This document shows positions 26,531 through 32,000 of a DNA stretch of 32,000 bases, in pieces. Position 1 is the first letter of the stretch, and each line of letters starts with the position of its first letter. Position numbers and translations under genes: made by a program. The notes below the pieces were generated by a model. The model searched no databases and had not been told where the DNA came from. It saw only the letters and a program-made list of their open reading frames with translations. The stretch spans positions 636,827 to 668,826 of the forward strand of contig NZ_RYEV01000005.1 in assembly GCF_004138485.1 (NCBI RefSeq), read 5' to 3'. This DNA is from Peristeroidobacter soli. GTDB taxonomy: Bacteria > Pseudomonadota > Gammaproteobacteria > Steroidobacterales > Steroidobacteraceae.

Positions 26531-26679
26531 CGGTCACCTGCGGCCGGGTCAGGCAGGTGGAGCGGATGAGGCTCGCCGCGGAACGAGGCGGTATCGACTC
26601 GAGCGGAGAGGAAGAGATCGTCCGCGATAGGGAAGCGGAAGCGTCCCCGGACCCGACGGGGGACGATGGGCGTAGCCAT
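26527..26679 (-). CDS. Hypothetical 50-aa ORF (not in the supplied track, below the size cutoff), first gene of the coupled operon
   Basis: Hand translation: MATPIVPRRVRGRFRFPIADDLFLSARVDTASFRGEPHPLHLPDPAAGDR. GAGGT lies 7 nt upstream of the ATG at 26679. The stop TGA overlaps the next ATG. Confidence 0.35.
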   Translation of the reverse strand: MATPIVPRRVRGRFRFPIADDLFLSARVDTASFRGEPHPLHLPDPAAGDR

Positions 26680-26767
26680 GGACGGCACCTCAGTTTTGAG
26701 GGTGTGGTCAGGCCGTCGTCAGTGTCTCACTACCGGCGACAGCCGCTCATGGCTGCAGCTTCAGCGC

Positions 26768-26788
26768 GGGGGTACCTGCGGGGGTATC
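26768..26788 (+). promoter_or_regulatory. GGGGGTACC-N3-GGGGGTATC pair near attR (candidate integrase/Xis arm sites)
   Basis: The same 9-mers, in swapped order, as at 11694-11714 next to attL. Confidence 0.4.
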
Positions 26789-26841
26789 TCGATCCCTCGA
26801 TGGTCCTTATAGCCTATAAATCAGCCGAAAACTCCATTCGC

Positions 26842-26863
26842 TCAACTCCTGCCGGGGGCACCA
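26842..26863 (+). repeat. attR core: 22-bp copy of the tRNA-Arg 3' end
   Basis: Exact match to 11558-11579. The upstream sequence has no further tRNA similarity. Confidence 0.85.
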
Positions 26864-27012
26864 AGTCAAATTAATAACTTAAGATTATCGGCTGAGACTC
26901 AAATACCTCTATGTAGGCACAGTGTAGGCTGCGGCTGCGGATCGCCTCTCGGCAAAGATCGCCGCGCACTTATGTGGGATCGGGTCCATAACAACAGCGG
27001 GAACCGGATGCC

Positions 27013-27315
27013 ATGACATCGGATGAGCTGACGCCGGAATTCATTCGTACGGTCAGAGAAGGCGGGCGAGAACGCATCACTAAGATGTACGCGCAGTTTG
27101 CCGCGCTGGATCGGTTGATCGCGGCCGGCAGAATTAAAAGGGTTCGCGGCGGATATCAGATCGGCGACGGCGCCGCGTATGAGCAGGTCGGGTTGCTCAT
27201 TAGCGGAGCGACGATTTCAGCAAATGGCCGAATGAGTACGGTCAAGCTGATGAAGCGAACGAAGAAGTTTGACGCCACCGCCAGAAAGTTCGGCGTGGAC
27301 ACGCCTTCGGAATGA
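27013..27315 (+). CDS. Hypothetical 100-aa protein
   Basis: ORF with plausible composition (MTSDELTPEFIRTVREGGRERITKMYAQFAALDRLIAAGRIKRV). No family recognised. Confidence 0.4.
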   Translation: MTSDELTPEFIRTVREGGRERITKMYAQFAALDRLIAAGRIKRVRGGYQIGDGAAYEQVGLLISGATISANGRMSTVKLMKRTKKFDATARKFGVDTPSE

Positions 27316-27573
27316 AGGTGCGCACGCAGATCATCGTTGCAACAGCCGGGACGCATCCAGCAAGCAAAAGAGAAGGCGGCTGATGAGCGAACTCGTTGAC
27401 GCTATCGTCAGTAGCGACTTTCTGAAGCTGGTCATTCCGGCGGCTGGCGCCATTGTCGCGTGGTTCTGGAACGAACGCCGGAAGGTGCGTCTACGACTTC
27501 GTCGGTCGACTTCTCGGCGAGGGTCATGTGCCAAAACGTTGGCAGTTATGAATAACCGCCTACACTTTGACAC

Positions 27574-27850
27574 ATGGTAATTCCATCCAGTCAGCACGCG
27601 TTGCGGCTTGCCAAGCGGTGGCAGGGCGCAACCGCGCGCGATTTCGCGGAGGCAGGTATCCATCGGCAGGTGCTCACGCGCTATGCTCTTGAACGATATC
27701 TTTATCGATTGTCGCGCTCCACCCACGCCGAAAAATTTGTTTTGAAGGTGCGCTCTTAATGCTCGCTTGGATGTGAGACACCTTCCGTCCAACGCGCGAC
27801 GCGGGACATGCTGTCCTTTCTGCGCAGAGACTCACTGCGATTTTTCGGCG
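27574..27850 (+). pseudogene. Decayed abiEi/abiEii remnant (deletion fusion, frameshift and in-frame stop)
   Basis: ATARDFAEAGIHRQVLTRY resembles the AbiEi wHTH. It is fused to ALERYLYRLSRSTHAEKFVLK, the AbiEii N-terminus (compare FLDRLTRSDYEQKLVLKGG at 16593+). After a -1 shift the reading continues GALLMLAWM*DTFRPTRDAGHA, which breaks the RPTRDxD motif. The 3' limit is uncertain. Confidence 0.5.
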
Positions 27851-27988
27851 TTCCCAACTTCATCATGGGGGTGGATCGTGATTGGTTGGGATCTTGAGAG
27901 TGCCCAAATGAAGCTCAGCAGGGTGGGATGAAGCAGACACTCAGTGGACGCTGCCGGCGAGTTCGTCGGCTCTGATCCCGAGCCGAAA

Positions 27989-28036
27989 CCGATGAAGTCG
28001 TAGACAGGACATCGACTCCTGTGTCCGATTTCATCC
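27989..28036 (+). promoter_or_regulatory. Second copy of the abiEi-type nested palindromic operator
   Basis: CCGATGAAGTCGTAGACAGGACATCGACTCCTGTGTCCGATTTCATC matches 15951-15997 at about 40 of 47 positions by hand alignment. Confidence 0.5.
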
Positions 28037-28076
28037 TGGACGCCACGCCTGTCAACGACAACCGCTGTGCCGAGTT

Positions 28077-28177
28077 TGGCGACAATAGGGCCTAATTACG
28101 ACCAAAATGGCGACACAGGTGTCGTCTTGTGTCTAAAATGGCGACATAATGGCTATCTTACCCCTAAAATAGCGACA
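28077..28177 (+). repeat. Four direct repeats (AAAA)T(G/A)GCGACA phased at exactly 31 bp, upstream of the Fic gene
   Basis: TGGCGACA at 28077, then AAAATGGCGACA at 28104 and 28135, then AAAATAGCGACA at 28166. A CGACAC-AG-GTGTCG palindrome lies at 28111-28124. Confidence 0.7.
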
Positions 28178-28208
28178 CCATCAGCCCTTCCTTCTATGCC
28201 TTCCTTAT

Positions 28209-29687
28209 GTGGAGAACAGCGACGTGCTGAAGCTCGCCGGCAATGACCGGGCCGAGGCCAGGCGCCTGCAGCGGCTGGCTCGGCAAGGGCAATTGCAGCG
28301 GCTGGCGCCCGGCATCTACACCGACAACTTGGATGCGCCCATCGAGTCGGTTACCCGCAGGCACCTCAATGAGATCTGCGCGCTCATCATGCCTGGCTGC
28401 ATTGTGTCGCATCGTTCCGCGTTCGAGCACCGGCCGACAACCGGCGGACAGTACTTCCTCACCGGCCCCTACCGGCGCGAGGTGCAACTGCCTGGAGTGA
28501 AGCTGCGTTACGCCCGGGGCCCTGGTCCCACCGACACAGACATCAAACTGCCACTGCAGAGTGCCGATGCATTCATTTCGAGTCAGGCTCGGGCTCTGCT
28601 GGAGAATCTCTCGCTCAGCCGCGGCGATCCCGCCGAACGACGCACGCTGGGGGCTTCGTTCGTAGAGGAGTGGCTCGAGCGATTCATCAGTCGTGACGTG
28701 AGCAATGAAGTCAACAAGCTTCGCGACCATGCCCGATCGATTGCGGATTCATTGGGTCTCAACGAGGAATTCAAAAGGCTGGATGCGATGATCGGCTCGC
28801 TGCTCGGCACGCGGGCAGCGACATTGATCACGCCTCAGGCGATCGCGCGCGCCGCACGTCGCCCATACGACGATGATCGGGTGACGTTGTTCGAAACGCT
28901 CGCCGCTGAACTTCAGAGCAACCCGATGGTGGTGCCGCCCGCGGCTGCTAATGAGGATCCGCAGCTGCAGGCGTTCATCGAAACATATTTCTCGAACTTC
29001 ATCGAAGGAACCGAATTTGAGATCGAGGTGGCGCACGACATCGTGGTCAACGACCGGCCACTGCAGTATCGCGAAGATGACTCCCATGACATCTTGGGAA
29101 CCTACCGCGCCATCCTGCGCTCGAAGCGCGACCCAAGCCTCCCGCAGAGTGCGGAGGCGTTTATCGCTCAGCTCAAAGATTGGAATCGACTCGTCATCGA
29201 ATCCCGCCGGGAGAAGCACCCAGGCGATTTCAAAACGGCGGCAAACCGGGCCGGGCAAACCGTCTTCGTCGACCCGGACAAGGTCGTCGGCACGCTGATG
29301 AAAGGCTATGAAGTCACGATGGCGGCCGCAACACCTGCCAACCGGGCGGCGCTGGCGATGTTCGTCGTCACCGAAGTGCATCCGTTCGATGACGGCAATG
29401 GTCGTACCGCGCGTATCGCCATGAATCATTTCTTGTCGAATGCAGGGCTGACAAGAATCATCATTCCCACGATCTATCGTGACGACTATCTCAGCGCACT
29501 GAAGGCGATGTCGAATGGTCATCCCGTGCCGTTGCCCCGCATGCTGGCCTTTGCTGCAGGCTTCAGTCGATGGCTCGATGTCAGCTCGAAGGAGAAGGCG
29601 TTTCGAGCGCTGGCGCAATCGAATGCGATGAAGGAGGATCCGAGGAGGTTTCGTTTGGAGATTGGGGATGGGGGAAGGGCGATTTAG
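28209..29687 (+). CDS. Fic/DOC family protein with N-terminal AbiEi-like wHTH domain
   Basis: Fic motif HPFDDGNGRTARIAMNH. The N-terminus AEARRLQRLARQGQLQRLAPGIYT...IVSHRSAFEH resembles the AbiEi_4 domain. GTG start at 28209. Confidence 0.85.
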   Translation: MENSDVLKLAGNDRAEARRLQRLARQGQLQRLAPGIYTDNLDAPIESVTRRHLNEICALIMPGCIVSHRSAFEHRPTTGGQYFLTGPYRREVQLPGVKLRYARGPGPTDTDIKLPLQSADAFISSQARALLENLSLSRGDPAERRTLGASFVEEWLERFISRDVSNEVNKLRDHARSIADSLGLNEEFKRLDAMIGSLLGTRAATLITPQAIARAARRPYDDDRVTLFETLAAELQSNPMVVPPAAANEDPQLQAFIETYFSNFIEGTEFEIEVAHDIVVNDRPLQYREDDSHDILGTYRAILRSKRDPSLPQSAEAFIAQLKDWNRLVIESRREKHPGDFKTAANRAGQTVFVDPDKVVGTLMKGYEVTMAAATPANRAALAMFVVTEVHPFDDGNGRTARIAMNHFLSNAGLTRIIIPTIYRDDYLSALKAMSNGHPVPLPRMLAFAAGFSRWLDVSSKEKAFRALAQSNAMKEDPRRFRLEIGDGGRAI

Positions 29688-29818
29688 CCAGTCATTCCGA
29701 CTTTGCTGGAAAAGGTGGGACGAATGACAGTGCCAGCTTGCTATCTGGCCCGCGTGACGTCGTTGGCCGAACCGTGGCGCTCACTTTCCGTCCGGCGGGT
29801 TTGCTTCTAAGTCGACGC

Positions 29819-30061
29819 TCATGCGACGACTTCGGATGGTCTAAAAGGCGGGATGAGCAAATCCGCGGGAATGTGAAACCAGTCGGGCAGCGACGGCGCA
29901 CATCTCGGCCACCGAGAGCGCTCATACGCCTCGGTCAGGTACGCTTGAGCCACCATCCGGGCTTGGTCGGCCGGATCCTTCGAGTTCATCAGCTTCTCAA
30001 TCAGCGCCTTGGCCTGCGCGTGATCCGCGTCGTTCTGGAGGACGATCAGTGTGGTCTTCAT
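29819..30061 (-). pseudogene. HigA-like antitoxin, apparently truncated (N-terminal domain only, no HTH)
   Basis: IVLQNDADHAQAKALIEKLMNSKDPADQARMVAQAYLTEAYE matches the HigA N-terminal pattern, but the usual Cro/C1 HTH is absent. Confidence 0.35.
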
Positions 30062-30150
30062 TACACGGTCTCCGCATTCACCTTTTTGTAGTCCTCATGC
30101 GATCCGAAGAATCGGATCATCAGCATGTAGAGAAGTGCCAGGCCAGTTTG
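30061..30150 (-). pseudogene. HigB toxin C-terminal remnant
   Basis: Hand translation ...LLYMLMIRFFGSHEDYKKVNAETV* matches the HigB C-terminal motif (yIRfiGtHaeYDki). TAATG overlaps the higA-like ATG. There is room upstream for only about 68 codons before the next gene. Confidence 0.4.
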
Positions 30151-30267
30151 CTCACTTGCGCACGGTCTTCTCCGAAAAATGGGAGGTGCAAGATCTCTGG
30201 ACCCTCACTGGACCAACGGCGTCGAGTCCACGCTCGGCGATTGAGCGTCGGTGGGTGCCGGAACGCG

Positions 30268-30867
30268 TCAGTGCGGCGGCGGCGACTCCACGATCTGCCG
30301 GCGCAGCGTGTTCGCCTGTTCCAATTCAAAGGGCGTGAGTTGGTCGCGCAGTTGCCGGTAATAAAGATTCGGATCGTCGACGAACTGCTCGAGACGTTGC
30401 CTGAAGTCGGGCTCCGGATTCAGATCCACAGAAGCCATCAGATAGGCATATGCCACCGCCTTGTTCTGTGGCAATCCCATCTGACCCGAATAATGAAGTT
30501 CCCAGACACGTTCCAACGCGGCTCGATTTCCCGCGCGAGCTGACCTATCCAACGACTGCACGATGCTCGCACGCGCCTGAACGATTTCCTGTGTCGCGTG
30601 CTCTGACCATACCTCGCTTTTTTGCACAAAGGCGAGCTGAGCATTCGTCACTCCCGCTTCCGCCGCTCTGAGGAGCCAGTGCAACTCCAACGCTCTCTCC
30701 GAAGCAGGGATCGTGGCGCAATAAGCGACTCGTTCTTGCGGAACGTCCTGGGTGGCAGACAGGCGGCGGCATGCGAGCAAGATACGATAGAGCTGGAAAG
30801 CGCCTTCCCCATCACCGGCTTCGGCGCGTTTGCGTATCTCGTCAAAAGGCTTATCGAAGTCAACCAT
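30268..30867 (-). CDS. Hypothetical protein with Sel1-like (SLR) repeats
   Basis: LLRAAEAGVTNAQLAF and RSARAGNRAALERVWELHYSGQMGLPQNKAVAYAYLMAS fit the Sel1 repeat pattern. The start was chosen at ATG 30867; the ORF extends to 30978. Confidence 0.45.
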   Translation of the reverse strand: MVDFDKPFDEIRKRAEAGDGEGAFQLYRILLACRRLSATQDVPQERVAYCATIPASERALELHWLLRAAEAGVTNAQLAFVQKSEVWSEHATQEIVQARASIVQSLDRSARAGNRAALERVWELHYSGQMGLPQNKAVAYAYLMASVDLNPEPDFRQRLEQFVDDPNLYYRQLRDQLTPFELEQANTLRRQIVESPPPH

Positions 30868-31230
30868 GGGGGCGATCCTTTGACCTGCCGGAATTCTGGT
30901 GCTCATGTTGGACGTTGGCGCACCGACGCCAGTCGAGGCTGTCTGCTGCCTCGGCGCGAGTGCATCCTGCCAATGCAACTGACAGCAGGTTCCCGAGACT
31001 GCAGCCTCGATTTCGACAACTGGTCGGCCGGCGGACGCGACATCTGGGAGGGCTGCTGTTACATGAGGGATGACCTTGGGGAACGGACATGTAGCGATAG
31101 ATCAAGGACTTGCCAAGGATCGCCGCCCTTTACCTCGACGCCACACGAGTCCGCGAGTCGTGCTAATCTAGTCAGCATGACTAGATCACCCAAATCCAAA
31201 TCCGGCCCCCCCAAGAAGCCCCAGCGCGCC

Positions 31231-31500
31231 ATGGCCAAGAATCGACGGGGGTATTGGCTCCTGCAGGATGCCAAGGCGCGTTTCAGCGAACTGGTCCGCA
31301 AGGTCAGGAGCGAAGGGCCGCAGCACGTGACCGTGCATGGGCGCGACGAAGTGGTAGTGATCGCTGCTGAGGACTTTCGACGCATGCAAGGTGACGTGAC
31401 CGGTGAGGCGCTCATCGCAGCGATGCAGGCATCACCTTATCGTGACATTGAGATCGCGCCAGAACGCGAGCCGATGCCCGTGCGAGACATGTCTCTGTGA
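31231..31500 (+). CDS. Type II antitoxin, Phd/YefM family
   Basis: WLLQDAKARFSELVRKVRSEGPQHVTVHGRDEVVVIAAEDFRRM is the Phd/YefM signature. An alternative start is ATG 31177. The stop overlaps the vapC GTG (GTGA). Confidence 0.8.
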   Translation: MAKNRRGYWLLQDAKARFSELVRKVRSEGPQHVTVHGRDEVVVIAAEDFRRMQGDVTGEALIAAMQASPYRDIEIAPEREPMPVRDMSL

Positions 31501-31937
31501 CGGGCTGGCTGCTGGATACAAACGTTCTTTCAGAACTGCGTCGGCCGAGGCCGGAGCGTAAGGTGGTCGCCTTCGTTGCGAGCCAACCCCTCGATCTGTT
31601 CCATATCAGCGTCGTGACGCTGGCTGAGATCCGCTTTGGTATCGAGCTCGTGCCCGATGCCGGACGGCGCTCCGAGCTCATGGACTGGCTCTCTCACAAA
31701 GTCCGGCCCATGTTCGAGCGACGCGCGCTCGTGGTATGCGAAGACGTCATGTTCAAGTGGCGGCTCATGGTCGAGGAGGGGCGTAAGAGCGGGCATACCT
31801 ATTCGCAACCCGATCTGATCATCGCCGCGACCGGCCAGCATCACGGCCTCACAGTTGTCTCGCGCGATACCGCCGAATATACAAAGGCGCGCGTGCCAGT
31901 GTTCAATCCATGGGTGGACACTTTGTCTGATTCCTGA
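31497..31937 (+). CDS. vapC: PIN-domain ribonuclease toxin, VapC/FitB family
   Basis: WLLDTNVLSELRRPRP...VTLAEIRFGIE...QPDLIIAATGQHHGLTVVSRD contains the PIN acidic residues in their canonical positions. Confidence 0.85.
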   Translation: MTGWLLDTNVLSELRRPRPERKVVAFVASQPLDLFHISVVTLAEIRFGIELVPDAGRRSELMDWLSHKVRPMFERRALVVCEDVMFKWRLMVEEGRKSGHTYSQPDLIIAATGQHHGLTVVSRDTAEYTKARVPVFNPWVDTLSDS

Positions 31938-32000
31938 GTATCAGCGATCCTCCCTCCACAACCACCGCAGTATATCCGGCAACAGTGCGCCCCCGTGCGT

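Larger units (their letters stand above)
11558..26863 (+). mobile_element. Integrated ~15.3 kb genomic (defence) island at tRNA-Arg(CCT)
   Basis: Exact 22-bp direct repeats. The integrase lies just inside attL and an AlpA-type gene near attR. By eye the interior is less GC-rich, and the cargo consists of defence and TA genes. Confidence 0.8.

Noticed and set aside
26842-26863. Possible second tRNA gene at the right island end
   Set aside because: Only the last 22 nt of the tRNA are present and the upstream sequence cannot form a cloverleaf. This is the att repeat.
27383-27580. Small ORF starting MSELVDAIVSSDFLKLVIPAAGAIVAWFWNERRK
   Set aside because: It begins like a TM protein but then degenerates into Arg/Ser-rich sequence. 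It is possibly another gene fragment, and is too uncertain to annotate.
28749-29618. 289-aa minus-strand ORF antisense to the Fic gene
   Set aside because: Shadow ORF. The plus-strand frame carries the intact Fic motif.
30622-31230. Upstream two-thirds of the 292-aa plus-strand ORF that ends at 31500
   Set aside because: Only the last ~90 codons look like a Phd/YefM antitoxin. The upstream part is antisense to the Sel1-like gene and compositionally odd, so it is read-through of an open frame.

Overview
This is a high-GC proteobacterial chromosome segment in three parts.

(1) Positions 1-11500 are ordinary core genes. They comprise a TPR protein 3' end, a 680-aa secreted repeat protein with a Gly-rich/TM/Arg C-terminal sorting tail, and a Lys-rich small protein. 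A kynureninase gene is translationally coupled to an AMP-dependent aryl-CoA ligase, with a divergent Lrp/AsnC regulator and a ligand-domain-only Lrp paralogue beside it. A porin, an aldo/keto reductase, a hybrid histidine kinase and a small membrane protein complete this part.

(2) tRNA-Arg(CCT) at 11504-11579 is the attachment site of a ~15.3 kb island ending at 26863. The island is bounded by an exact 22-bp direct repeat of the tRNA 3' end.
- It starts with a P4-type integrase, phased iteron-like repeats and a second tyrosine recombinase.
- Its cargo includes a cold-shock-domain/zinc-ribbon/TM protein, an AbiEi/AbiEii pair with a palindromic operator, an unrecognisable 570-aa protein carrying an Rx4H (HEPN-like) motif, and a TIR protein with an unknown C-terminal domain.
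- It also carries a type I Thoeris operon, thsB-thsA(SIR2-SLOG)-thsB-thsB.
- Near attR lie an AlpA-type regulator and a four-ORF translationally coupled operon ending in an XRE repressor.

(3) Positions 26864-32000 look like an older, decayed mobile region. It holds an AbiE remnant, an AbiEi-like-Fic fusion preceded by 31-bp-phased repeats, a higBA remnant, a Sel1-like protein and an intact Phd/VapC pair.

The best candidate for something undescribed is the unannotatable 570-aa protein plus TIR-X gene pair (17750-20800) beside the multi-ThsB Thoeris operon. The membrane-tethered CSD protein and the shared phased repeat/operator elements are also worth follow-up.

All homology statements come from reading the translations and motifs by eye. 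No database search was run.
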